Virus record (IMG/VR): IMGVR_UViG_3300037246_000975
Location: 1 to 56,723 of that record
Direction: 5' to 3' (one strand)
DNA length: 56,723 nt
Source: a virus
Taxonomy: Duplodnaviria > Caudoviricetes
Part shown: positions 1 to 8,931 of the stretch, one piece after another
Position numbering within the stretch: the stretch's first letter is position 1
Layout: the number at the start of each line of letters is the position of its first letter
The notes under the pieces: model-generated
Told to the model about the DNA's origin: nothing
What the model saw: the letters and a program-made list of their open reading frames with translations, nothing else
The model's database searches: none
Translations under genes and position numbers: made by a program

Positions 1-591
1 ATTTGTATTCTGAGCTACACCATTTAGTTGATATTCCCCGTTATGATTGCCAGTTTCATCTACGACAACAGCATTTGCAGCTTTATCATTCATTTTGTAA
101 TGAGCAATGAGCGTAGGCGGAGTACCGGCAGCACCACCAACACCTGAAAAACTCGAAACATGAACATGAGTCTTTCCACCAATAACTTCGTAATAATCAT
201 CCTCCGCAAAATTGGTATTTATTTCGGTCAGAGTGGGATTACTTTTGGAGCCGGTAGCCTTGAAGATATGAGGAGCAGTAAATGGTAAAACAATTTCGCC
301 ACCTCCAGCGATTTTATCCAGCCACACAAAGCCCCTGAGATCGCCGCCGAACCTTTTACGAGCTTTTGCACTAATCTCTGGGCTTGCCAATGAAACTTCG
401 GTATCGGGGTTAAAGTTAGCGGTTATTTTAATAGGATTCTGATACGAAACGCTTGTTTGTTCTTTCCCGTTCTCGTCAATATATACTGTTTCTTTTTTCA
501 ACCTGTCACCATCCCATACATAATCCGGGTCAGGATAACCGTACCATATATCCTTCTCTAATTCCTCATCATAAGTAAGCGTAAAGGCCAT
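1..591 (-). CDS. Virion protein, N-terminal part, truncated at the window start; enters a LamG/concanavalin A-like domain
   Basis: Not in the ORF track. Hand translation from ATG 591 is open to base 1: MAFTLTYDEE...PPTLIAHYKMNDKAANAVVVDETGNHNGEYQLNGVAQNTN. 'IAHYKMND..VVDETGNHNG' is the typical LamG-domain entry. Confidence 0.75.
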   Translation of the reverse strand, partial: MAFTLTYDEELEKDIWYGYPDPDYVWDGDRLKKETVYIDENGKEQTSVSYQNPIKITANFNPDTEVSLASPEISAKARKRFGGDLRGFVWLDKIAGGGEIVLPFTAPHIFKATGSKSNPTLTEINTNFAEDDYYEVIGGKTHVHVSSFSGVGGAAGTPPTLIAHYKMNDKAANAVVVDETGNHNGEYQLNGVAQNTN

Positions 592-605
592 CTTTATTCA
601 CAGGA

Positions 606-1130
606 TTAAAGTCCACTGTATTCCACAGTAACATCGTCAGAACCGCTGAGAGCATCAAAGCCAATCCAGAACCGATTGTACCCGAAAGTATCAAATGAGA
701 CGGTTGCAATTCCCGTACCGGATTCCTCCGTAGTAACACTAATGGTTTTGTTCCAGTATTGGGTTACAACACCTGTCTTGGCAAAATACCGAGCCGATGA
801 TATGGCATTTGGTTGAGTCCCGGCAGTCCAAGCCACTTCTGCAATCATTTTAACAGTAGTCTCACCTTCGCGGGCTGCGAATATTTGCATGGTGGCAGTA
901 CCAGCATTGTCGTTGAAATGTGCCCGAAGTTCCAAATGATTCAAGGCCGTATCATTAGATAAATTGATATATGGTAAGACGGCTTCATCTGTATCGACCA
1001 TGTACGCGACAAATCGTTCCGTTACGTCACCTGGGGGATCATAAGTAGCCCCTCCAGTTGTGGGCCAATCTACCGTAGCTATAGCAGACCTAATAGCCGT
1101 CCAAGCCGCTCTGACTGTATGAACAAGCAT
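606..1130 (-). CDS. Hypothetical virion-module protein
   Basis: ORF 606..1166; more likely start is ATG 1130 (MLVHTV) after a GGAG RBS. Confidence 0.65.
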   Translation of the reverse strand: MLVHTVRAAWTAIRSAIATVDWPTTGGATYDPPGDVTERFVAYMVDTDEAVLPYINLSNDTALNHLELRAHFNDNAGTATMQIFAAREGETTVKMIAEVAWTAGTQPNAISSARYFAKTGVVTQYWNKTISVTTEESGTGIATVSFDTFGYNRFWIGFDALSGSDDVTVEYSGL

Positions 1131-1146
1131 AATATTCTCCTGAAAG

Positions 1147-1184
1147 AAAAAGCCGAGTGGAAGCATATCCTCGCCTCCACTCGC
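1147..1184 (-). terminator. Intrinsic terminator
   Basis: Minus strand CGAGTGGAGGC...GCTTCCACTCG followed by a T-run. Confidence 0.55.
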
Positions 1185-1217
1185 AATTCAAACTTCAATT
1201 TGAGGTCTTTGTTCAGA

Positions 1218-2228
1218 TTACTCTTCGTAATCGCTTTCCGCTATACACGGCTTTCCGCTGAGGTAATTCAAACCCCAACTTGCAGCACCATTACCAGAAG
1301 TTCCAATCCAAATCGACCTATTGGTTCCAACGGTTATGAGGGTACTTGTATCTTTACCTACAACATGATTCCCATCAATCATACCTTTTGTACCTTCACC
1401 GAAAGTGATGGCTGCTCCCTTGGTATTATACACAACGGAAAACTTGTTGTCGAAGATTCCGCCATCTTGGAAGTTGGCCGTAGTTGAAGCAACATTGATG
1501 CCTATAGCAGCATCAGCAACCCTAAAGATGTTGTTGCGGATTTCTGTACCGGGGACAACATTTGGCCCTATTCCAGAAGTAGGAACGTAAATACCAGTAT
1601 CCTCAATCTTGTCACCAAATCGACAATCCTCAATCACCCAATTTATCATCTCACTGAAATTGCCGGAGCCACCTAACATGATACCGTTATTTACGACCAT
1701 ACCATTTTCCATCCCGAATCTGCAATGATGAATATGGACACCCCACACGGCATTTCCTGTTACATGGATACCGGGATAACCTGTTTTGGAACCAGGTTCA
1801 AGATTAGCAAGTTCAAGACCATCGGCTCCTGTGGCAATCTCTATCGCAGCTTTATCGCCCGTTGCTTGTATCCACGAGGGGCCTGATGCGTAACTATTGT
1901 AAACTCCGATGATGTGGACGTGGGATTTATTGATAACGATAGGCCAAACTTCAGTAGATGCTTGGTAATAACCAAGAACGAAAATATATTCGTTACTTCG
2001 TGTTATTCCACTCCAATCCGAGCAATAACTCAATGCCTTAGTGATTGACTTCAGAGGAGCCTCTGGGGTCTGACCAAGACCAAGAGCAGCATCGTCACCT
2101 TGACTCCCATCTACAAAAAAGATATGACTGAGACCGTTCATTACTGGGAAATAGTTATACAGACCACAAGTCAATGCGTACCTTGCACCATAGCGGTCTA
2201 TCATTTCATTTACTGTTTTCGCTGCCAT
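1218..2228 (-). CDS. Right-handed beta-helix (pectin lyase-like) virion protein, paralogue 2
   Basis: ATG 2228 with AGGAG RBS; FFVDG..GDD..G.TP..PL.SI..AL entry motif and I.(N/H)C.F beta-helix repeats; aligns by eye to 2246..3277. Confidence 0.7.
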   Translation of the reverse strand: MAAKTVNEMIDRYGARYALTCGLYNYFPVMNGLSHIFFVDGSQGDDAALGLGQTPEAPLKSITKALSYCSDWSGITRSNEYIFVLGYYQASTEVWPIVINKSHVHIIGVYNSYASGPSWIQATGDKAAIEIATGADGLELANLEPGSKTGYPGIHVTGNAVWGVHIHHCRFGMENGMVVNNGIMLGGSGNFSEMINWVIEDCRFGDKIEDTGIYVPTSGIGPNVVPGTEIRNNIFRVADAAIGINVASTTANFQDGGIFDNKFSVVYNTKGAAITFGEGTKGMIDGNHVVGKDTSTLITVGTNRSIWIGTSGNGAASWGLNYLSGKPCIAESDYEE

Positions 2229-2245
2229 TAATATTCTCCTAAAAA

Positions 2246-3277
2246 TTAAGCCAATGCTGGACTTACAGCGAGTTCTGAACCACCCTTGTAATTCAGACCC
2301 CACGCAGGGCCGCAGGCAGTAGTTGTTAAGTACGGATTTTCGGCCATACTGGCTTCATTAGCTAATACACTGGCCACATTGCCATCTATGAATCCACCAG
2401 TCACGCCAGCCGCCAAAGTAATAGCATCGCCAACGCTGTCCTCCGCAAGGATAAATCTATTGTCGTAGATTCCACCGCCTCGGAGATTTGCAGTCGTATC
2501 AGGGATATGAATACCTACGTCACCTGAGTTGACATAAAACTGATTCTTACGGATAATCGTTCCGTAAATTGAGTTCGGCCCACTATGAGTACCATCGGGT
2601 ACATAGATACCAGCAGCCGTAATCAACTTGCCAAATCGACAATGTTCAATCAACCCATAAAGCATCTCGCCAGCGGCGTAAGTGTCAGTGGAGCGACCAA
2701 GAACAATACCATACGCAGCATCCGTGTTGCTTCGACCTTCAAGACCGAAGGCACAGTGATGAATATGGTTGCCCCAAAGACCACCTTGGTGCATCTCAAT
2801 AGCCCCACGTACTGAGAGGGCTTTTTGACTCCCCATTATCAAGTTGGCAATTTCACAGTATGCTCCGTATGTTCCACCGGCAGCACCGAAAGCAAAAACC
2901 GGAGTATCAACGGTGTCCCCCGGGGCACATATTTTGAAGGTCGGAAGTATCCCGTTGCGTACACCGATGATATGAACTCTCTGTTTACTAATTACGATGG
3001 GCCAAGTCTCTGCTGGTGCGGTATTGGGATAATTCAAGACGAAGATGTAGTCATTTGCACCACTGGTACACAAACTCAATGCGTGAGTAATTGTCAAGAG
3101 GGGCTCATCGGGAACCTGTCCCAATCTATTAACACCATCATCCCCCACTGCCGAATTCCCATCGACGAAAAAGACGTGGGAGTTAAAATTCATTGTGGGG
3201 AAATAATTTGCGATTCCACAAATGGTAAGGTATTCCGTTCCCCACTTTCGGACGGCCTCTTTTATTGTTAAAGCCAT
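2246..3277 (-). CDS. Right-handed beta-helix (pectin lyase-like) virion protein, paralogue 1
   Basis: 343 aa; same motifs (FFVDG, WPIVISKQRVHIIG, HIHHC.FG, IEHCRFG); directly after the capsid gene. Confidence 0.7.
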   Translation of the reverse strand: MALTIKEAVRKWGTEYLTICGIANYFPTMNFNSHVFFVDGNSAVGDDGVNRLGQVPDEPLLTITHALSLCTSGANDYIFVLNYPNTAPAETWPIVISKQRVHIIGVRNGILPTFKICAPGDTVDTPVFAFGAAGGTYGAYCEIANLIMGSQKALSVRGAIEMHQGGLWGNHIHHCAFGLEGRSNTDAAYGIVLGRSTDTYAAGEMLYGLIEHCRFGKLITAAGIYVPDGTHSGPNSIYGTIIRKNQFYVNSGDVGIHIPDTTANLRGGGIYDNRFILAEDSVGDAITLAAGVTGGFIDGNVASVLANEASMAENPYLTTTACGPAWGLNYKGGSELAVSPALA

Positions 3278-3306
3278 TGTTTTTTCTCCTAAGCTAAATT
3301 ACAGTT

Positions 3307-3372
3307 AAAAAAAGTTGGGGAAGCCTGAAACACCGACAGAGAAAGGAAGAAAAATGCCGACTTCCCCAAACT
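3307..3372 (-). terminator. Intrinsic terminator after the major capsid gene
   Basis: Minus strand TTGGGGAAGTC...GGCTTCCCCAA then TTTTTTT. Confidence 0.65.
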
Positions 3373-3403
3373 ATTCACTTTTCAAATAAACCCTGCGGAG
3401 GGC

Positions 3404-5002
3404 TTAAAGCATAGTGGCTTCTGTGAGACCCGTTAATTTGACAGCACGAGGATCTCTTGGTGCAATTAAATTGTAGTACCAGAAAGGAGCCTCCACTAAT
3501 TCCTGTGGGGCACCAGAGGCAGCACGGGCTATCATAAACACACCGGAAAGTCCACCAAGCGGAGCCAAAAATTCAAGTTCCGGCCCCATCTTGCCATCCA
3601 TTCCACCCAATCTCGGAGGACTAAATCTCTGGATGTTGTCCCCACCGAACTTCATGGCATACAGCGTATTACTCAGGCACATCGGACTCATAATCCACTC
3701 ATAGCTTCGTCCACCGAACTCATAAGCAATCTGAGACCAACCGCCCTTGAAGCTCAGGGCTTTCCCGGTACGCTCATAATTTTGCCTGTTGTTATACAGA
3801 CCCGGCTGTTGAAGCCATTTTAACTGAACGCCCTGCGTGGTGATAATGGTGTCTAAGGTTTCCCCCGGATAAGCATCCAAGTATCCGCCAATGTAACCAT
3901 TAATCACATCGTCGGTAAGAGGCCCATTCACGGCTTTAACCTGAGACTTGAACTGTGGATATAAGGTCAGGTCAAGAGCTTGGGCTTCAGAGGCTCCGCC
4001 CATAATAACACCAGATGCCTTAATCCAATCATTGAGTCCCCAACTAAACTGAGGGCGGTTACTGACACGACTCGTATGGGCTATCACAATCCAGTCATCC
4101 GCAGCAACAGGATTGCCAGTTTGAACCCAGTCTCCCGTTGCACCCTCGTCATAGGTCGCCTGAATACCAGTCACGGAGTTAATGGCTTTAACTGTGAATG
4201 CTTTCCCAAGATAATCAACACTGGTGATGATTACCTGACAATAGGATTGAGCATTCCACTCATAGTTACGCACATCCGACCCGTCATCATTAGTCCCGTC
4301 TTGTAATACACCTCCGACATCGGCGACAAGATCAAGTCTCATACCCTGACGGAAATTGGCGATTCGACCATACTGCTCGTCAATATCAATTTTGATGTAA
4401 TCTGTGGAACCAACTTCGGCTATGACCTTGACTCTTCCGAGAACCTGATTCGATGCACCCGAGGTTGCATCTGTCCCTGTTTGATTTACTACACTGTGGG
4501 AGAAAAAGCTGGAAGCCTCATATATAGCTTTCAGTTTCGCTACGGCCTTCATGTCCCGTGCCACTACCTTAATCTGGGCAGCATTTAACAACTCAGCCTG
4601 CATCCAAGAGGCGGGGAGACTAAAGTTCCCCACGACCTTATGAAGGACAAGTGTTCTCTTAATATCGCCCATGTGAGGCGATTCCGAACCCTTCGGGAAA
4701 ACCGCTAAACCAGCAATCGGAGATTCAATTCCATATCTCTGGTCTAACAGTTTAGTTTGTGTCCCGGTAATGCCATCCATTTCCGGGCCGAGTGGGTCAG
4801 CCGACTCAATCAAACCAGCCACACCAGTTTCATAAAGGTGAAGCACTTTATATCCACGACCAAGACCAGTCTGGCTTTTAACTCCCAACGCTGTTCGTTT
4901 AATCTTATCGAACACAGGAGCTATGGTGGGGCCTGCCTCCTGGATCATCATCGGCAGTTCTTCTCTCACCAAGTTATCGAGGGCTGCAATTGCTTGTGCC
5001 AT
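3404..5002 (-). CDS. Major capsid protein (putative)
   Basis: 532 aa; portal-scaffold-capsid synteny; GAGG RBS; terminator downstream; capsid-like C-terminus (YYNLIAPRDPRAVKLTGL). Confidence 0.75.
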   Translation of the reverse strand: MAQAIAALDNLVREELPMMIQEAGPTIAPVFDKIKRTALGVKSQTGLGRGYKVLHLYETGVAGLIESADPLGPEMDGITGTQTKLLDQRYGIESPIAGLAVFPKGSESPHMGDIKRTLVLHKVVGNFSLPASWMQAELLNAAQIKVVARDMKAVAKLKAIYEASSFFSHSVVNQTGTDATSGASNQVLGRVKVIAEVGSTDYIKIDIDEQYGRIANFRQGMRLDLVADVGGVLQDGTNDDGSDVRNYEWNAQSYCQVIITSVDYLGKAFTVKAINSVTGIQATYDEGATGDWVQTGNPVAADDWIVIAHTSRVSNRPQFSWGLNDWIKASGVIMGGASEAQALDLTLYPQFKSQVKAVNGPLTDDVINGYIGGYLDAYPGETLDTIITTQGVQLKWLQQPGLYNNRQNYERTGKALSFKGGWSQIAYEFGGRSYEWIMSPMCLSNTLYAMKFGGDNIQRFSPPRLGGMDGKMGPELEFLAPLGGLSGVFMIARAASGAPQELVEAPFWYYNLIAPRDPRAVKLTGLTEATML

Positions 5003-5069
5003 CGTATTATCCTCTAACTAAACACATTTACATTAATATGCAGTTAGTCAAGGATTTCAATCCGCGAAT

Positions 5070-5966
5070 CTACTTCATCTTCCGGGCTTCGTGAACCGCC
5101 CTTTGAAGATACCTTGCAACAAGATTCTCCTCATTAGCATCTTCATTTGAAGGAATTCGCTTGATTGGTTCGTCAGCTTGGATTACAGATGAAAGCCCTT
5201 CACTCGGGGTCAGGCCCAAAACGATGGGTTGCTGATTGAGTTTCTTTGGGATACCTAATTTAGTCAACTGTGACCGCACCATCTGTACGCTCGCAGTAAC
5301 CAAATCGGCCCCAAACGGTTTTCCGTTCTGAATCTTCGTCAGAACATCCTCAGCTACCATATTTCTTACTTCGGCGAGAACTTCTTCTTTGTCCTCACCT
5401 ACTATCATTTTACCAATTATCTCATCTTTGTCAACCGCTTTGTCCGATATTTCTCGAATTTCTTTTCTGGCATCATTAACATGCCGTTGCGTAGAAAACT
5501 CCAAAGTAGCTCTAACCTCCGCAGGAGTGGCCCCCATTACCTTCTCAAATTCGGCATTAAAGTCTGCGGAGGTGGCTTTAGTGGTCGCTTTAGGGTCAGG
5601 GTCGTCCTCTTTGAGATGCACCATAAACTCAGCGGGGTTAATCCCCCAAAGACCGGCTAATTCCTTAATATCCGCCTCAGACGGATTCTCGGCCTCATTT
5701 ATTGACTTTACAAGAACACCCGCCCGGGCATCCTTCTCAGCGGCTTTTGTGGCCTCAGCAGCCTCTTGGAATCTTTTGTCGGCCCCAGATGCTTTCGAGG
5801 CTCGCTCTTTGAGTTCATCAAGCGTTAATGCAACATCCACCCCATCTACCTTAATAGTGTGGGTTTCAGTTTTCTTTGGTTCCGGCTCGATTTTTGGTTC
5901 TGGTTCAGGTTTTGGCTCCGGTGTAGGAGTTGGAGTCGGTTCTGGTTTAGGTTCTGGCTCTGGCAT
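5070..5966 (-). CDS. Capsid scaffolding protein (putative)
   Basis: PEPK/PT low-complexity N-terminus; HTIKVDG...TLDEL...ADKRFQEAA motif typical of scaffolds; upstream of the capsid gene. Confidence 0.7.
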   Translation of the reverse strand: MPEPEPKPEPTPTPTPEPKPEPEPKIEPEPKKTETHTIKVDGVDVALTLDELKERASKASGADKRFQEAAEATKAAEKDARAGVLVKSINEAENPSEADIKELAGLWGINPAEFMVHLKEDDPDPKATTKATSADFNAEFEKVMGATPAEVRATLEFSTQRHVNDARKEIREISDKAVDKDEIIGKMIVGEDKEEVLAEVRNMVAEDVLTKIQNGKPFGADLVTASVQMVRSQLTKLGIPKKLNQQPIVLGLTPSEGLSSVIQADEPIKRIPSNEDANEENLVARYLQRAVHEARKMK

Positions 5967-5979
5967 TTTTTTCCTTTCG

Positions 5980-6264
5980 TTATTGTTTTACGGGTTGTAC
6001 ACGCATTTCATCGGGGGCTTCACAGTAGAATCCTTCTTTCCGTTCAGGTTTATTTTTCCACCTTAATTGAATCCATCCATAAGGGATATAGTGACTTATT
6101 TCTCCGGCTCCGACTCTGTGACCATTATCGGAAACAATAAGAAATTGAGGATTCTCAATACGAACAATTTCGTTGCTTGGGAAAACATATTCTCGCCATT
6201 CTTCCCAAGAGGACAAATCCAATTTCTTATAGTAAGGGAGTAAACTTTTTCTGGTCGGTTTCAT
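5980..6264 (-). CDS. Hypothetical protein
   Basis: 94-aa ORF with AAGGA RBS between portal and scaffold. Confidence 0.65.
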   Translation of the reverse strand: MKPTRKSLLPYYKKLDLSSWEEWREYVFPSNEIVRIENPQFLIVSDNGHRVGAGEISHYIPYGWIQLRWKNKPERKEGFYCEAPDEMRVQPVKQ

Positions 6265-6278
6265 TTTTTTCCTTTCAA

Positions 6279-8297
6279 TTATTGTTGTGATATTTCTCCC
6301 TGCGGAGGTTGAAGTTCAAGTTCTGCTGCATCTTCCATCAGAGGCATCTCTTCTGGTATTTTTCCCAATATGTTGTCGTGTTCTTCATCATGTGCCACAA
6401 AAGCATTTCTTACCGCTGGCGAGGCGGCATAAAATTCAGGGCGAGCCATAAAGGCATTAAGGACACTTTTATGAATTAAAGGCATGTCACGTTCACTCAC
6501 GATAACTTTCCCAGGTTTCTCCCCATCCCCAAATAAGGCTAAGTTCTCTAATTTGGCCCGGCGGTAGTTTTGCCAAGCCTGCTCGTTACCGACTGGGGAA
6601 GTTAGTCCTAATTCTCTTACTTTGAAAGAGTATTCGTCGAGAGTAAGCACCCCATCTTTGAGGGCTTCTTTTAACTCCAATTTCTGTTGCTCTTTTGATA
6701 TAGGGACTTCGGAGGCCACATTGATATTCACTTCGTCAGGAGATGGGATGGCATTTCTGGCGAGGTTAATTTCCCCAGTCTCCATATCAAACGCAATTCC
6801 GGCCAAAGAATCATCGAGATTACTAATACTGACGACTTTTTCTCCTGGCCACATATCCCGACAAATCCCTAACATAGCACGATAAATCCCAGATATTGCT
6901 TCGGCCACATTTTTAGCCGTTGGCGAAAGCGGAATACCACTTGTCTCGTACAGGAACCCTAAACCGGAGGCAGAATCCACACGACCAGGAGCACCACCTT
7001 TCAATATCTCCATTGGTTGATTTGCGATTTTATCCATCAAACCACCGGCAACCATAGCCGCCTCTATATTCGATTTTGACATTTTCGCAGGCATTATATT
7101 GAACGGTTTCTGTTCTGGGCAAGTATAATCTATCTCATATTCTATTCTTTTAATTCCGTCCTGTCCTCTATGAGCCTCTGGAGAAGTTCCAAGAGATGTT
7201 GGCCACATCTGTATGCCATATAAGTCAAAATCGGCTACGGACTGGAATAGACTACTGAGACTATACTCCGCCTCGGTATTCAATGGAATTAAGGTGTCGA
7301 TAAAAGAGCGGCCATAGAATCCACCTACGACAATATCCCGTGCAATTTTAACTGGCATGTGATACTTACTTTGGGAATGGTCGTGACGATATAACTGATT
7401 CAGTTTCTGATAAGAACCGGCAAAGATAAGATACTCCGCCAAATACCCATCTGATGTCTCAGTCCATACCTCGACGAGTAGTGTAACATCAGTTTGCGTC
7501 TTATCTTTTTTAGTGTGCCGCCCCGCCCATTGGGTCTCGACTTGGCTCTGCCCACTCCGGATATAAAAACCCCCGCCCGTATGCGTAAGAGAAGCAGTCC
7601 CCTGAAAATTAGAGGATATATCGGCAGGCAAGTCCCCAAAAGGAACTTTCACATCATCCATTCCTTTATAGACTTTTGATCCTTTACCCGGGGTTATAGA
7701 TAAACCTTTTATATAGTCTGTGGGGACATATCTCACCCGAATTAAACCCCTCACATCTGACGGGGTAGCCACATCTATTGGAATCGGAATCAGTTCCCAG
7801 GGATTTATAACTTCTATCCCAATGCTATCAACTCCCTCCACCCATAACCCAAATCCGATTGTTCCATAATGAAGAAGTGGGGGGAAAGCATTCAAAGCCA
7901 ATTTAGAAACTTTCTCTTGTGGAAATGCCGAATCAAGAACCACCTGAGCCGTACTTGCCTTCCTCAACCCATCAAGACTCACCCCACGCCTCGATACAGC
8001 CGGAGCCAGATTTATCGCCAACAATCTACCAAGCTGAGCTTGATATTTTGCAACAATATCTTCATATCGAAATTTTAGTACCCCAGACTGATCCAAATAC
8101 GACGCATTTAATGTGCCTGCCCCGTAATTAATATTACTGAAATTCCTTAACCCCCTCATATAGTAATGATTCATATACCAATTTATTGAGATGGGATTCA
8201 TTTTTGACTTGCCAGTGGAGACAAGATATTGAAATATGGATTCAACCTGATGTTTGTTATCTTTTGTATTTTCTGGTAGTTGGAACTTATATCCCAT
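6279..8297 (-). CDS. Portal protein (putative)
   Basis: 672 aa between terminase and scaffold; size and helical character fit a podovirus-type portal. Confidence 0.7.
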   Translation of the reverse strand: MGYKFQLPENTKDNKHQVESIFQYLVSTGKSKMNPISINWYMNHYYMRGLRNFSNINYGAGTLNASYLDQSGVLKFRYEDIVAKYQAQLGRLLAINLAPAVSRRGVSLDGLRKASTAQVVLDSAFPQEKVSKLALNAFPPLLHYGTIGFGLWVEGVDSIGIEVINPWELIPIPIDVATPSDVRGLIRVRYVPTDYIKGLSITPGKGSKVYKGMDDVKVPFGDLPADISSNFQGTASLTHTGGGFYIRSGQSQVETQWAGRHTKKDKTQTDVTLLVEVWTETSDGYLAEYLIFAGSYQKLNQLYRHDHSQSKYHMPVKIARDIVVGGFYGRSFIDTLIPLNTEAEYSLSSLFQSVADFDLYGIQMWPTSLGTSPEAHRGQDGIKRIEYEIDYTCPEQKPFNIMPAKMSKSNIEAAMVAGGLMDKIANQPMEILKGGAPGRVDSASGLGFLYETSGIPLSPTAKNVAEAISGIYRAMLGICRDMWPGEKVVSISNLDDSLAGIAFDMETGEINLARNAIPSPDEVNINVASEVPISKEQQKLELKEALKDGVLTLDEYSFKVRELGLTSPVGNEQAWQNYRRAKLENLALFGDGEKPGKVIVSERDMPLIHKSVLNAFMARPEFYAASPAVRNAFVAHDEEHDNILGKIPEEMPLMEDAAELELQPPQGEISQQ

Positions 8298-8299
8298 TC

Positions 8300-8590
8300 T
8301 TAATTCCCAAGTGACATAATATAATTTGTATTTTCAGGCTCCTTCTTGTCTTTCTTTCCATCAGCTATCCCCCTAAGTTTACCCTGCGGAGGTTTATTTA
8401 GGGCAACTAAAGCCCTTAATGCAGACTCTGGCTTCTCATCCTTCCCAGCTACTACAATCAAGAGTTGCTTATTGGTTTCCGTAATCTGATAAACGGCCTT
8501 GCTTAGTAATCTCATAAGGAGGCAGATAAGAGCCAAAAATAACCCGATCACACCAAGCATCCCGAACCCAAGATAAGTTTCCATAGACAC
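8300..8590 (-). CDS. Small membrane protein (one N-terminal TM helix)
   Basis: Hydrophobic YLGFGMLGVIGLFLALICLLM; GGGAG RBS. Confidence 0.6.
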   Translation of the reverse strand: MSMETYLGFGMLGVIGLFLALICLLMRLLSKAVYQITETNKQLLIVVAGKDEKPESALRALVALNKPPQGKLRGIADGKKDKKEPENTNYIMSLGN

Positions 8591-8608
8591 ACTCCCTTTC
8601 TATTTTCT

Positions 8609-8636
8609 ATTATATCACGATTTCAGTCCTTGTCAA
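8609..8636 (-). promoter_or_regulatory. sigma70-type promoter for the head operon
   Basis: TTGACA-16 nt-TATAAT with TGn extension. Confidence 0.65.
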
Positions 8637-8907
8637 CCTTTTTGACAAAGAAATCAACTCCCCACTTGAACCCTGCATCAGTTAAATCGTCTCGGAAAGC
8701 CATCATATCTCCAACTGTAAATTTTCGCTCTCCCCGCATCAAAGCTCCGACATAGGCATTATAGCCAAGAGTACCATCATTAGCCCCCACCCCCTGAAAA
8801 TCTTCAAAGCAGTGGCCTGTTTTATCCACGAAAAGATAATATTGTTCATCTGTCATTTCTGTGTCTCCGAATGATAACCCATATCCTGAACAGGATATAT
8901 CCTCCAA
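8623..8907 (-). CDS. Hypothetical protein (start may lie further downstream)
   Basis: 94-aa ORF co-oriented with its neighbours. Confidence 0.5.
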   Translation of the reverse strand: MEDISCSGYGLSFGDTEMTDEQYYLFVDKTGHCFEDFQGVGANDGTLGYNAYVGALMRGERKFTVGDMMAFRDDLTDAGFKWGVDFFVKKVDKD

Positions 8908-8931
8908 ACAGGAAAATTATCAAATATTTAA

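Noticed and set aside
5870-5966. Short tandem DNA repeats at the scaffold 5' end
   Set aside because: Explained by the PEPK/PT low-complexity peptide.
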